Shown here in pieces: positions 43,235 through 55,442 of a DNA stretch of 64,000 nucleotides (positions are counted from its first letter, which is position 1; each line of letters begins with the position of its first letter). The notes under the pieces were generated by a model. The model did no database searches, had not been told where the DNA came from, and saw nothing but the letters and a program-made list of their open reading frames with translations. The position numbers and the translations under genes were made by a program. The stretch comes from a virus (lineage: Duplodnaviria > Heunggongvirae > Uroviricota > Caudoviricetes): IMG/VR virus record IMGVR_UViG_3300029861_000002, one strand, 5' to 3'.

Positions 43235-44146
43235 ATGATTATAGGATTATTATTAATAGCTATAATCGGGTTAATAATTTATATCTATTATCTCAAAAAG
43301 CAAACCCTTGAAGTAGTTTAGATTAACACAGATAATCAAAGAAAAAACGCTGAAATAGAAAAAGAAATAGCACATAATAGAGAAGTGTTATCTAACATAA
43401 AAAATAATATAACATTTGAGAACGATATTCTTTCTTCTTTATTAAAATCTTAGGAAGAAATGCGGGAAAGTGCTTAGAAACAAGCTGATGAAGCCTATTA
43501 GGCACGCGTCTCCGCACTTGTAAAATCCTACAAAGAAAAAGAATAGGAACTTTCTTTGACTTTTGATGCTAAAAATCAAGATTTGCTAAAGAAAATTTCT
43601 ATTGAAGCCGGGAAATTAGCTGATTTATAGGCTAAGTAGCTTTCCTATATTTAGGCCAAATAGAGATAGGAAGAAATTGACTCTAATCAAGATTATTATC
43701 GTCTTGCTCTTGATGAAATAGATATTAATGATATTACGTTATTGCGCGAATTACAACCAAGATTTGTAAAGAAAGAAAGTATAGATAAACTAATATGGGA
43801 AGTATATTATAAGCCAGCTTATGATATTTTAATGGCCCATTTGTTTCCCAAGGCAGTTAAATATTGCGGTATCTATAGAATAACTGATTTAACTACAGGC
43901 AAGTCCTATATTGGACAATCGGTTGATATAAAAGAACGATTTAGATAGCATATTAAATCTGCTTTAACCTATGGAAAGGTAACTAATAAGTTATACTCTG
44001 CTATGCAGAAATCTGGAGTTCATAATTTCGTGTTTGAAGTCTTAGAAGAAGTAACCAGAGACAAACTAAACGAGAGAGAAACCTATTGGATTGAGTTCTA
44101 TAAGACTAAAGAATTAGGTCTTAATGGAACTAAAGGAGGAGCTTAA
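43235..44146 (+). CDS. GIY-YIG homing endonuclease with N-terminal TM/coiled-coil region (about 11 in-frame TAG)
   Basis: The C-terminal half CGIYRITDLTTGKSYIGQSVDIKERFR[TAG]HIKSAL...YWIEFYKTKELGLNGTKGG is a GIY-YIG core. The single 304-codon frame is interrupted only by TAG. Confidence 0.6.
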
Positions 44147-44424
44147 TGTTTAGAATTATTGGTGATAGATGCACTGGAAAAACTTATCAGTTAATGCAAT
44201 ACGCTAAGGATAATAATGCTATATTCGTATGTAGTAACCCTCACTCAATGAGAAGTAAAGCGGAAAGTTATGGAATTATTGGACTTAGATTTATGAATTA
44301 TTCAGAATATTTAAATCATAGCAGAGGAATGAAGGATAAGATTGTAATAGATGAAGCAGAAACATTATTGCGATTGATAAACCCTTCTATGAAACTTATT
44401 GGATATAATTTAAGTGAGGAATAA
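44146..44424 (+). CDS. hypothetical protein
   Basis: 92 aa. Start overlaps the preceding stop. Confidence 0.45.
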   Translation: MFRIIGDRCTGKTYQLMQYAKDNNAIFVCSNPHSMRSKAESYGIIGLRFMNYSEYLNHSRGMKDKIVIDEAETLLRLINPSMKLIGYNLSEE

Positions 44425-44426
44425 TT

Positions 44427-45053
44427 ATGAAGATTATTAAGCCAGATGTTGAACTTATTACACCTATTGATGGTGAAACAATCCTTAAACGAATTGAATA
44501 GTGTGGTAGAGTATGTTATAAATCCGAGGATAAAATTACAGAAGATAGCGCTGTAAAATTCGTATAGAATATTATCAAGAGAGGCCATGAGGCGGTTCTT
44601 GAGCATTGTTCTTTTACCCTTAAATTTATTTGCGATAGAGGCGTAAGTCATGAAATTGTACGCCATAGATTGGCAGCTTATTGTTAGGAATCTACGAGAT
44701 ATTGTAATTACTCAAAAGATGGATTTGGAAATGAAATTACGGTAATTGAACCTTGTTATCTTGAACCAAATAGTTCAAAATATATACTATGGGAAATGTC
44801 TTGTGCGGAATCTGAAAAAAAATATTTTGAGCTTTTGTTCGAAGGCTGCACTCCACAAGAAGCAAGAGCAGTTCTGCCTAATAGTTTAAAAACTGAGGTA
44901 GTTATGACTGCGGACTTGCGTGAGTGGCGACATTTCTTCAAGCTTCGTTGCTCTCCAGCCGCGCATCCACAAATGAGAGAAGTTGCAATCCTCGGTTTGA
45001 ATAAAGTCAAGGAAAAGATTCCTGTAATTTTTGATGATATTACTCCTGATTGA
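44427..45053 (+). CDS. thyX: flavin-dependent thymidylate synthase ThyX (3 in-frame TAG)
   Basis: ThyX signature RHRLAAYC[TAG]ESTRY (RHRx7SxR). The 209-codon frame runs through TAG at 44499, 44550 and 44667. The C-terminal region RCSPAAHPQMREVA is also ThyX-like. Confidence 0.7.
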
Positions 45054-45100
45054 CAATCTTTATTTTATATGTTATTATATGTATATAAAATAAAGAGGAA

Positions 45101-45493
45101 ATGATTATGAGTAAATGTAAAAACTTTTTAGATTATTTTGATTGGCTTGTAGCTAATTACCAAGAGCCAATCACTATTCCAGATGAAGTGCAAGAATTTT
45201 ATAATATTCTTCGCTCACAGCAAGATATGCAGGTTGAGAAACCTCTCTTTACAGAAACTGGATTACAAATTCTTGAACATCTTCAAAAACATGAGGCGAA
45301 ATCCTTAAAAGCAAAGGATATTGCAGATGGAATGGAGATTTCCTCAAGAAAAGTATCTGGCTCAATCAGAAAATTAGTGTCAGATGGTTTCGTAGAAAAA
45401 TTTGGTTCTAACCCTGTTGTCTATACCCTGACAGAAAAAGGTAAAAACTTTGATATTGAAAGTTATAAAAATTCCGTGGGCACTATTAATTAA
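45101..45493 (+). CDS. hypothetical protein
   Basis: 130 aa. Promoter-like AT-rich region upstream. Confidence 0.5.
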   Translation: MIMSKCKNFLDYFDWLVANYQEPITIPDEVQEFYNILRSQQDMQVEKPLFTETGLQILEHLQKHEAKSLKAKDIADGMEISSRKVSGSIRKLVSDGFVEKFGSNPVVYTLTEKGKNFDIESYKNSVGTIN

Positions 45494-45539
45494 ATTATAA
45501 TTAACACCACTCATATTATAATGAGGATGGTGATTGTTA

Positions 45540-46202
45540 ATGTCTTGTGGAATATATAAAATTACTAATTTAGTAAATGGTAAAATCTATGTTGGATAGA
45601 GTGTTGACATAGAGCGAAGATTCTAGAAACATTTATATGCAAATGATGATTTTATTATTCATAAAGCAATAAAAAAGTATGGTAGATAGAATTTTAGTCT
45701 TTAGATTTTAGAAGAGTGTTCATAGGAACTTCTAAATGATAGAGAAATCTATTGGATAAAAACTCTAAATTCTATTACTCCAAATGGATATAACATGATT
45801 AATGGTGGAAGTAATGGAGCTGGATTTGCAAAAGGATATAAAGTTATACAATATAATTTAAATGGTGAGTATATAGCTGAATATCCCAGCGCGAAATAGG
45901 CAAGTAGAGAAACTGGTATAGATCATCATACTATTTGTGATTGCTGTAATGGAATAAATCATCATGCTGGAGGATTTTAGTGGAAGTATGAAAACTCTGA
46001 CAAAGAAATAACTCCAATAAATATTCGTTTAGATTTTACTGTGCTTTAGATTAATAAAGACACTGATGAAGTAATTTAGGAATTTAATTCAATAGCAGAA
46101 GCTTCTAATAAACTTAATATTGCGAAAAGCACAATTTGTAATGTTTGTAATGGAAAAGGCAAAACTGCTGGCGGATTTAAATGGAAATATAAGAATAAAT
46201 AA
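45540..46202 (+). CDS. GIY-YIG homing endonuclease (about 9 in-frame TAG)
   Basis: MSCGIYKITNLVNGKIYVG[TAG]SVDIERRF[TAG]KH is a GIY-YIG core. The C-terminus ..KTAGGFKWKYKNK is shared with the 1615 gene. The 221-codon frame is broken only by TAG. Confidence 0.65.
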
Positions 46203-46226
46203 ATATGAATTAAGGAGAAAAGAAAT

Positions 46227-47183
46227 ATGGCTAAGAAGCTTATCAATCAAACTCATGTGGAAGGGTATGTCTATGAACATAAACTTGAAAAGAAGGTTTC
46301 TGGAGAGAACTCTAAAAATCCTGGAACCGAATTTATTAATGGTATCTTGAGAATTGCCACAGACGATGATATGTTGAATGTTGTCGATGTTCATTTTAGC
46401 TATGTAACTGAGACAGCTAAGAATGGTAAAGCAAATTCAACTTATGGAGTTCTTTTGAATATCATTGATGGAAAGATTGGTTCCGTAATGGAGCATGGTA
46501 AGGAAAACGCAGGAAAGATCCGCGTTGATTCCGCTATTGGGCTAAATGAGTGGTACGATAATAACACTAATGGCCATCCTCTTGTAAGTGTCAAGAGAAA
46601 TGAGGGCGGATTCGTCCATATAACTCAAGAGTTGGCAGAAGAAAAGAATCGTGCTACTTTTGATGTCGATATGGTAATTACCGGAGTATTGCGCGCGGAA
46701 GCAGATGAAGAGCGCGATCTTCCTGAGAAGGTTACTGTAAAGGGATGCGTATTTGATTTCCGCGGAGCACTTCTTCCCGTCGAGTTTAGCGTATATGCTC
46801 CATATGCACCGGAAAAGGCTTTGGATTACTTCGAGAATTTGGGAGCCACTTCTAGCTCTCCTGTCTTTACTAGAGTGCAGGGAATTCAGGTATCTAAGAC
46901 TGTAGTTCGTAAAGTTGAGGAAGAGAGCGCTTTTGGTGACTCTAGAGTAAAAGAAGTCCGTAATTCTCAGCGTGATTTTGTAATTAACTGGGCACAGCCT
47001 GACATTTATGAGTGGGACAATGAGGAAACTCTTCTCGTATCCGAGCTTAATGAAAAGATGGCTGCGCGTGAGGTTACTCTTGCTGAGATTAAAAAGCGTT
47101 AGGATGAGTATCAAGCAACAAAGGGTAATGCTCTAAGTGGAGCATCTACTGCCGCTCCTGCAAAGGGAGAATATAAATTCTAA
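46227..47183 (+). CDS. hypothetical protein, possibly ssDNA-binding (1 in-frame TAG)
   Basis: 291-aa ORF with RBS AGGAGAAAAG, continuing through TAG at 47100 for 26 more codons to TAA. No firm family call. Confidence 0.45.
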
Positions 47184-47449
47184 GAAAAGGGAGTTTATCT
47201 CCCTTTTCTTCCCAAATATTTTGATAAGGAGCGAATATAAATGAGTTTGTTAGATATTAAGCCTCATGAAGTATCAAGAGATCTGAGAGGTTATTCAGTA
47301 TTCTTTTATGGTGATTAATCGTTAGCTAATATGGGTCACCTAACTCAGTGAACTATTGCTTAATAGGTGTAAAATTAATTGGTTAAACTTTTTCAATTTT
47401 CCCTTTCCTATTTTCAATAATAGTAGAAAAGAAAAAGGAGGGCTATAAA

Positions 47450-47845
47450 ATGCCAAAAGGGAAAATTTCAAATCCGGGATGGATAACTTGCACTTGTCAG
47501 TATTGTGGAAAACAATTTCAATATTACAGAGATACTTCTGTAATTAGAAAAAGTTGTTATGAATGTATACCAGATGGTAGAAGTAATGATGCAGCTTTAA
47601 TACGAAGGTTAATAAAGAAGAAAGCTGTTGAATATAAAGGAGATAAATGTGAATGTTGTGGAAAATCATATCCTTTATCAGTATATGATTTTCACCATAA
47701 AGATCCTAATTTAAAAGATTTCTCTTTAGGGGATAAGACATCTACCGTCAAATGGGATAAAGTAAAAATAGAAATAGATAAGTGTATATTAGTATGTGCA
47801 AATTGCCATCGTCAAATCCATAGTGGAGATATTAAGTTAAATTAA
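47450..47845 (+). CDS. HNH homing endonuclease
   Basis: Zn-ribbon N-terminus (CTCQYCGK) and HNH core FHHKDPNLKD...CANCHRQIH. 131 aa, RBS AAAGGAGG. Confidence 0.8.
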   Translation: MPKGKISNPGWITCTCQYCGKQFQYYRDTSVIRKSCYECIPDGRSNDAALIRRLIKKKAVEYKGDKCECCGKSYPLSVYDFHHKDPNLKDFSLGDKTSTVKWDKVKIEIDKCILVCANCHRQIHSGDIKLN

Positions 47846-48020
47846 GACCAGGAGGAAATGCCTGCTAATAATTTTGCTAACAGGGAAACAGCTAACGGCA
47901 ATCCTGTGCCAAGCCTCAAACAAGAGGAAGGTTAAGAGACTATCGAAAACCTATAATAGAGTGAGTAGAGTAGAATGGAGATAAGCACCATTCGAAGCGC
48001 TGAGATCGTACTTTATAAGT

Positions 48021-48962
48021 ATGATAAGATATAGTCCGGGGTTATCCGCTCACCCGCCAAAGAGTGGTAAAACCACTATCGCAAGTAAGTTTCCAAAAGC
48101 ACTTTTGCTTGCTTTTGAGAAAGGCTATAATGCATTACCTGGAGTATACGCCTAGCCAATTAATAGCTGGGGTGAATTTAAGAAACTGTTTAGTGAATTA
48201 AAAACTCCAGAAGTACAAGAAAAATTCCAAACTATTGTAATTGATACCGCAGACATTGCGTACGGATACTGCGAAAAGTTTATTTGTAGCAGAGAAGGCG
48301 TTGATACTATTGGTGATATTCCTTATGGAAAAGGGTATGCGCTTGTAAGTTCAGAGTTTGACGAAGCGATTCGTAAAATTCTACAACTTAACTATGGTCT
48401 TATTCTTATTTCTCACGCAAAAACAAAGACAGAAAAGAACGCAAAAGGAGAAGACATTGCCTCATAGATTGTTCCTACTCTGGATAATAGAGGAAGATTA
48501 ATTTGTGAGAGAACTTGTGATATTATCGGATATTCTCGTTCTGTTACTAATGAATCTGGAGGAACAGAAACAAGACTCTTTATGCGTGGAACTCCGCAGT
48601 ATGTTGCCGGTTCTCGGTTCAAGTATGTACCAGAGTCTATCGAATTTACATATGATAATCTTGTAAATGCAATTTCTAACGCCATTGATAGACAAGCAGA
48701 AGAAACTGGTGGACAGTATATTACAAACGAGGCAACTCAAGTTGTAACAGAGGATGTAACTTATGACTTTGATACATTAATGAGTAAGTTTAACGACCTG
48801 GTTGGAGATCTTATGTCTAAGAATCAATCTAACGCTGGGAAAATTACATCTATTGTAGATAAATTTTTGGGCAAGGGTAAAAAAGTTGGAGATTGCACTC
48901 CAGACCAAGCCGAACAGTTAGATTTGATTGTTCATGAATTAGAGGAATTATCCAAGAATTAA
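48021..48962 (+). CDS. RecA-like recombination ATPase (Sak4/AAA_24-like) (2 in-frame TAG)
   Basis: Walker A AHPPKSGKTT and Walker B IVIDTADIAY. The frame runs through TAG at about 48153 and 48468. Start assignment is tentative. Confidence 0.55.
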
Positions 48963-48967
48963 AATAT

Positions 48968-49002
48968 AAGGAAGGAGAGAAAATTCTCCTTCCTTGATTT
49001 TT
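48968..49002 (+). terminator. rho-independent terminator
   Basis: AAGGAAGGAGAG-aaaatt-CTCCTTCCTT + GATTTTTT. Confidence 0.8.
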
Positions 49003-49004
49003 TA

Positions 49005-49059
49005 TCTATTTTATGATATAATATTTATATAAGATTGTTATGAAAGGAGAGCGTAATGT
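49005..49059 (+). promoter_or_regulatory. conserved promoter/leader motif copy (replication module)
   Basis: TTTATGATATAATATTTATATAAGATTGTTATGAAAGGAGAG. Confidence 0.55.
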
Positions 49060-49593
49060 ATGGCTAAACACATGGTAAAATGTTTTTACTGTGGAGAAGT
49101 ATTTGATGCATCAACTACACCATACGTTAAACCAAATTCAAGACGTTACGCTCATAAGACCTGTGCGCAAACGGCCGAAGAAAATAAAACTCAAGAAGAA
49201 AAAGATAGACAACTATTAGAAAATTATATAAAGAAGTTATTTGGAATTAATTGTATTTCTCCAAAAATTAAAAAACAAATTGAAACCTTTAGAAAAGATA
49301 ATAATTATTCATATACTGGAATGTATAAAACGTTAAAATACTTTTTTGAGATAAAAGGTAATTCTATTGAAAAGGCCAATGGAGGAATAGGAATAGTTCC
49401 TTTTGTCTATGATGAAGCATATCTTTATTGGAGAGCATTATGGGAAGCAAGAGAAAGAAATGAGCAAATAGATATAGGAAAGTTTATTTTGCCTGTAAGA
49501 GAAGTCCATATAGAACCTCCTCAACGGCAACCAATGAAACATATACGAAAGCTATTTACTTTCTTAAATGAGGAGGAAGCGCATGAAGAGTAA
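49060..49593 (+). CDS. hypothetical Zn-binding protein (replication module)
   Basis: 177 aa with an N-terminal CFYCG...HKTC motif. Promoter/leader upstream. Precedes DnaB. Confidence 0.5.
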   Translation: MAKHMVKCFYCGEVFDASTTPYVKPNSRRYAHKTCAQTAEENKTQEEKDRQLLENYIKKLFGINCISPKIKKQIETFRKDNNYSYTGMYKTLKYFFEIKGNSIEKANGGIGIVPFVYDEAYLYWRALWEARERNEQIDIGKFILPVREVHIEPPQRQPMKHIRKLFTFLNEEEAHEE

Positions 49594-51121
49594 TTATATA
49601 GATACAGCGGCGATTACTTAGGTAATTGGATGTGTATTCAATAATGCTTCTATTCTTGATGATACAGATAAGTATATAATTCATGAAGATGACTTCCAAG
49701 AAGATTTTCATAAGATAATTTTCGGTAGTATCTATAATATCCATCTAACAGGTAGTCAAGTTAATATAGACGCGATTATAGATTATCTAGCAAACAGACC
49801 AAAGTTTGACGCCATATTTAAGCAAAACAAGGGTGTAGAATATCTCCTTGAAGCATCGCAAAGTGCAAGGCAAGATACTTTTAATTATTATTATAATAGA
49901 TTAAAGAAGTTTACTTTGTTAAGAGCATATAGCAATTTTGGTCTTGATGTTAGCTATCTTTATGATCCAAATAATATTCTCGATACCAAAAAACGCCAAA
50001 TGCAAGAAGATTGGCTGGATAATACTAGCTTAGTTGAAATAGCTCATGCTATTGATACAAAAATAGATGAAATCAAAAGTAAGTACATAGAAGATGATCT
50101 TGGATTAGGCTATCAAGCCGGAGACGGAATCAATGAACTTATTAGTGATTTAGAACAGCATCCCGAAGTTGGTATTCCACTATATGGCCCGTTAATTAAT
50201 ACAGTAACAAGAGGAGCAAGATTGCGAAAATTTTATTTGCGGTCGGCGGCTACGGGAACCGGTAAAACTAGATCTATGATAGCGGATGCGTGTAATTTTG
50301 CGTGCAATGAAATCTATCATGACCAATTTGGATGGATTAAAAATGGAACCTCTCAACCAACTTTGTTTATTGCCACAGAGCAAGATAAAAGCGAAGTTCA
50401 AACAATGATGTTAGCTTTCCTATCTGACGTAGATGAAGAACATATCCTTAACGGTCAATACTTTGAGGGTGAAAAAGAGAGGGTGCTAAAGGCCGCAGAA
50501 ATAATTAAACGCAGTCCAATTTGGATAGAAGAATTACCAGATTTTTCTTTACAAGATGTAGAGAATAAAATAAAAAAGAATATTAGAGAAAATGAAGTTA
50601 AATATGTTCTTTTCGACTATCTTCAAACGTCGCTTAAAATTCTTGAAGAAATTAGTAAGAAGTCTGGGGGAGTTAGATTAAGAGAGGATAATATCTTATT
50701 TATGCTCTCCGCTAGATTGAAAGATTTAGCTAATAAATATGGTGTATTTATCATGTCTGCAACTCAATTAAACGCCGATTATTAGAGTAGTGAAACGCCA
50801 GATCAAAATCTATTAAGAGGCGCAAAAAGTATAGCCGATAGAATAGACGTTGGCATGATTCTACTAAGTGTTACAGATGAGGACTTAGTTAAGTTAGATC
50901 CAATACTAGAGGGTAACAAGAACTTATTGCGTCCGAATCTAAAATTATCTATCTATAAAAATAGACGAGGTTCGTACAAAGGAGTATATCTATGGTGTTC
51001 TGCTAACTTAGGAACTTGTAGAATTTTACCACAATTTTGTACTAATTGGAGACATGAGATGGTGGGCATTGAAGATATTCGAGTAATTGTCGATGAAGGG
51101 CCAGCAGCTTGGGAAAAATAA
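49583..51121 (+). CDS. DnaB-family replicative helicase (2 in-frame TAG)
   Basis: Walker A RSAATGTGKTR and DnaB motifs DYLQTSLK, SATQLNAD. The 512-codon frame runs through TAG at 49619 and about 50783. Confidence 0.75.
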
Positions 51122-51135
51122 TGGAGGAATATATA

Positions 51136-51312
51136 ATGAAGAATAGTCAAGGTTTAGAGTACAGAATGAGCAAGAAAATGTTTAATGAGCTTCTTTCAAG
51201 CAGAACAGAGGAAGAAAAGAAACAGAATCCTTATGTTTATGTGATACAAATTATCAATGAGCAATTTGGCTTGAAAGAAACAGTAAATAAAGTATCTTTC
51301 TATGATGCTTAA
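51136..51312 (+). CDS. hypothetical small protein
   Basis: 58 aa with RBS GGAGGA 8 nt upstream. Confidence 0.4.
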   Translation: MKNSQGLEYRMSKKMFNELLSSRTEEEKKQNPYVYVIQIINEQFGLKETVNKVSFYDA

Positions 51313-51314
51313 TT

Positions 51315-52418
51315 ATGTCAAGATACTATGATAAAGATGAGTTAAAGAGTAAACTTGAATTAGAACAAATTTATGATTTACTCGAAGCGTGGGGTGGTGA
51401 GCCTGAATATGTAGATGGCGGGCTCATCTCCCAAACTATATGTCATAATCTTCCCGGTGAAGGATCAAGAAAGTTATATTATTACGAAAATACAAAACTT
51501 TTTAGGTGCTATACTGGATGCATAGATCCTACTTTTGATATATTTGACCTATGTATAAAGGTTAAAAAAAAGCAAGAAGATAAGAAATGGGAATTGTATA
51601 ATGCTATGGATTATATAGCAGGATACTTTGGCTTCAACGGAGTAGAATTAGAAGATGAAAAAGAAGAATTAGAAGATTGGGATATATTTAGAAGGCATAA
51701 TATTCAACTTCCAAAGTCCAAACAACCTATTTCTTTGAAAGAATATAATCCAATTATTCTTACTCGTTTTGCCTATCCTAGAATTTCAGGATGGGAAGCT
51801 GAGGGAATTTTACCAGAAGTTAATAGAAGAAATTTTATTGGTTACTATCCTGGCGGAGGGCAAATAACAATTCCTCATTTCGATATTGATAATAGATTAG
51901 TTGGAATAAGAGGGAGAACATTATCTTCTGAGGATGCAGAAAGATATGGTAAATATAGACCTCTTATGGTAAATAGACAGTTATACAATCATCCTTTGAG
52001 CATGAATTTGTATAATTTAAACCATAGTAAAGAAAATATAAAAAAGGTGAAAGCCGCAATTATATTTGAATCAGAAAAAAGCTGTCTTATGTATCAGTCT
52101 TATTATGGGTATGATAATGATATATCTGTGGCTTGTTGCGGAAGTAGTGTATCTAGCTATCATATAGATTTACTTAGGTCTTTAGGAGTTAATGAAATTA
52201 TAATTGCTTTTGATAGACAATTTGTTGAGATTAGCGATGATGAATTTAAGAGATTAAAAGCAAAACTAATTCATATTTATAATAAATATAGTAAAAATGT
52301 TCGTATATCAGCTATATTTGATAAAGGAATGATTTTGCCATATAAAGCAAGTCCTATAGATAGAGGGCCGCAAATCTTTGAGAAGCTATTAAACGAAAGG
52401 ATAATCCCTTATGAGTAA
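51315..52418 (+). CDS. DNA primase (zinc-binding + TOPRIM-like)
   Basis: Zn-binding motif CHNLPGEGSRKLYYYENTKLFRCYTGC. 367 aa, directly downstream of the helicase. Confidence 0.7.
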   Translation: MSRYYDKDELKSKLELEQIYDLLEAWGGEPEYVDGGLISQTICHNLPGEGSRKLYYYENTKLFRCYTGCIDPTFDIFDLCIKVKKKQEDKKWELYNAMDYIAGYFGFNGVELEDEKEELEDWDIFRRHNIQLPKSKQPISLKEYNPIILTRFAYPRISGWEAEGILPEVNRRNFIGYYPGGGQITIPHFDIDNRLVGIRGRTLSSEDAERYGKYRPLMVNRQLYNHPLSMNLYNLNHSKENIKKVKAAIIFESEKSCLMYQSYYGYDNDISVACCGSSVSSYHIDLLRSLGVNEIIIAFDRQFVEISDDEFKRLKAKLIHIYNKYSKNVRISAIFDKGMILPYKASPIDRGPQIFEKLLNERIIPYE

Positions 52419-52695
52419 AGAAGTTCTAAACTTAGTACCTGCTATTAAATCAATAGAAAAAGAGCTAAATGAATTGGCGCAGAGGTATAATAAGAAAATT
52501 CAACCATATTTAGATAGTTTAGAAAAACTTAGAGAAATAAATCAAGCGTGTGAATATTGTAACGGTACAGGTCGTGTTCTAAGAAACAGATCTTGCGCAG
52601 AGGATGATAGGCCAGACCCTAATGATCTAAGTGATTATATTAAATGTAGGGGCTGTAATGGAACAGGACTGGCGCATCAAAATAAAAGGGAGTGA
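52411..52695 (+). CDS. hypothetical protein with C4 zinc finger
   Basis: 94 aa with motifs CEYCNGTG...CRGCNGTG. Confidence 0.5.
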   Translation: MSKEVLNLVPAIKSIEKELNELAQRYNKKIQPYLDSLEKLREINQACEYCNGTGRVLRNRSCAEDDRPDPNDLSDYIKCRGCNGTGLAHQNKRE

Positions 52696-52701
52696 TAAGG
52701 A

Positions 52702-54453
52702 TTGGAATATTCATTAATAAATCCAAGAAATTAGAATTATAGTGCTTTAGAGCAAGTATTAGTTAATAGGGGTATTTAGTATAATGATATATAGCATTAT
52801 TTAACAGTATCAGAAAAAGATAATTTATCCCCCTTACTTCTCAATAACATTGAGGACGCTGCTAAATTAATTATTAAACATATTTTAAAGGACGATTCTT
52901 ACATCTATATCTAGGTAGATAGCGACTGTGATGGATATACTTCTTCTGCGTTGTTATTAAACTACCTTCATGCACAATTTCCTTCGGCCATTAACAAGTT
53001 TATTTATAACTTTCATTCTGGCAAGATTCATGGAATAAAACCAGAGTTAATCCCCGAAAATGTTTCACTTGTTATTGCGCCAGATTCTAGCTCCAATGAT
53101 TATCAAGAGCATGAAGAACTAGCTAATCGCGGAATTGACGTACTGGTCATAGACCATCACTTAGCAGATAAAGTATCCGAATATGCCTGCGTTGTTAATA
53201 ATCAGCTTTGCGATTATCCAACAAAATCATTATCTGGTGTAGGAGTAGTTTATAAGCTATGCCAATATATGGATAGTATTTGCGGAACCGCATATGCGGA
53301 CGATTATCTTGATATTGTAGCAACTGGTCTTGTTGGAGACATGATGGATATTCGAGATTTTGAAACTCATTATCTTATCCAGTAGGGGCTATAGAGATCG
53401 AGTCTCCGCAATCCATTTATTAAAGGTATGGCTGATAAAAATGTTTATTAGTTAGGGAAAGGAGATTTAACTCCTATAGGAGTAGCGTTCTATATTGTTC
53501 CTCTTGTTAATGCTATTACTCGTGTGGGTACTCAAGACGAAAAGTAGATTCTATTTGAAAGTATGCTTGAATGGAAAGCATATGATCTTATTCCTTCTAC
53601 TAAACGAGGATGTAAGGGACAAGAAGAAACAAGATTAGAACAAGCACTAAGAGTTTGTACTAATGTTAAAAATCGTTAGACTAGAACTAGAGATGCAGAA
53701 GTTGAATGTATAGAGAATATAATCTAGGAAAATAATCTTCTGGAGCATAAAGTTCTGGCAATTAAATTAGATAATATGTCTATTGATAGAGGTATTACTG
53801 GGTTAATTGCTAACGAGTTAATGAGTAAATATAAACGACCTGTAGTTCTTCTTTCTAAAACAGAGCATGAAGGATTGGAGGCTTGGGAAGGGTCTGCTAG
53901 AGGATATGAAAAATCTAAAATGAAAGACTTTAGATAGTTTGTTAAAGAATCAAACTTAGTATTCCTCGCCGAAGGACACGCCAATGCTTTCGGTTTTGGT
54001 ATTTATGATAAAGATTTTGAAAGTTTTATTTCATGGTCAGATAAATAGCTAAAAGATATAGAATTTTCTCCAAGTTACAAGGTAGATTTTATTTACTCTA
54101 TGTCAGATATTAATTCTAAGGATATTCTCGATTTAGGCGATGCAAAATATCTTTGGGGTCAAAATATCGACGAGCCGCTTATCGCGGTGGAAAATGTTGC
54201 AGTAACAAATGATATGATTGGTCTCATGTCACGAGACAAGAATCCTACTTTGAAGATTCAATTACCAAATGGAGTTACTTGCATCAAGTTTAAATCAAGC
54301 GAAGAGGAGCTAGATAATTTATCTAGCGAATTAGGTTGCGTGAGTATAAATTTGATTGGTAAACCAGAAGTAAATAGATACTTCGGTAGTGTGACACCAC
54401 AAATTATTATTACAGATTATGAAATTATAAGTAGATAGAAGTATTACTTTTAA
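52702..54453 (+). CDS. RecJ-like DHH/DHHA1 phosphoesterase (exonuclease) (about 11 in-frame TAG)
   Basis: TTG start coupled to RBS AAGGGAG. DHH motifs VDSDCDG and VLVIDHH, and DHHA1 motif AEGHANAFGFG. A single frame of about 583 codons is interrupted only by TAG. The last TAG is at 54436. Confidence 0.65.
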
Positions 54454-54492
54454 TGATTGCGCAACCTCTTACTAAAGGAGGAAACAATCACA

Positions 54493-55260
54493 ATGAGACG
54501 TTTTATGAGTATTATACTAAGTTTAATAATTTTATTATCTATAATGTGTAGTTGCAATAGTCCTTTCATTTCTATTGCATCAGCATATTCAGTACCGTAT
54601 AACAGCAGTATTAGTTATACCTATAATGATTTAGATACATTGGTTGAGCTTATTGCGGAACAAATCTCTAATATGAACGCCGCACATCAAATGGCCGATG
54701 CTGCTAGACAGTTAGGCTATTCTGAAAATCATGATGTTATCGAACTAGCCGTGAATGAATATGATAAGGCGAATGAGCTAAGACAATCTTATCAAGATGT
54801 ATATGATAACCTCATGGAACATTGGCATCAAAAGGAAGAAGAGTACCCAGTGGCAACATATATTTGGAGCTATTTCAAAGACTTAGGTTATAACGATCAA
54901 GTTTGTGCGGGCATACTTGGTAATATAATGACTGAAGTTGGTGGTAATACATTGAACATTCAATATGAATTAAGCAATTCTTCATATTATGGAATGTGTC
55001 AGTGGAATAAAGCGTATTCTGAGGTTTGGGGAGCCTCATTAGAAGAGCAATGCAATTATTTGGAAAATACTATTGAATATGAATTTAATACATTCGGTCA
55101 CGCCTATAAGAAAGGGTTTGACTATAATGATTTTCTAAATATGACAAGTATAACTGATGCTGCTTTAGCATTTGCGAAATGCTATGAGAGGTGTGGATCT
55201 GGAAGTTATACGACAAGACAAAATAATGCAATTATCGCGTATAATTATTTTGTAAGCTAA
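54493..55260 (+). CDS. secreted/lipoprotein-like protein with tail-lysozyme-like domain
   Basis: Signal peptide with a lipobox-like LSIMCSC. The C-terminal CAGILGNIMTEVGGNTLNIQYELSNSSYYGMCQWN matches the same lysozyme-like family as the endolysin N-terminal domain. 256 aa. Confidence 0.55.
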   Translation: MRRFMSIILSLIILLSIMCSCNSPFISIASAYSVPYNSSISYTYNDLDTLVELIAEQISNMNAAHQMADAARQLGYSENHDVIELAVNEYDKANELRQSYQDVYDNLMEHWHQKEEEYPVATYIWSYFKDLGYNDQVCAGILGNIMTEVGGNTLNIQYELSNSSYYGMCQWNKAYSEVWGASLEEQCNYLENTIEYEFNTFGHAYKKGFDYNDFLNMTSITDAALAFAKCYERCGSGSYTTRQNNAIIAYNYFVS

Positions 55261-55442
55261 AATGAAATATCTGCGGACTGGCCGGAACCTAGACGGCCGT
55301 CCGCAGGAACTAAAATGGCTTTAACTATTTTTCGAGGTAAAATCGTCGGTTACGCGGTTTTATAAAATTTTTGGACAAATCCTACGAATTATACTATAAT
55401 AATATTCAGATAAGATATAAGAAAATAGGAGGAATTATTATT

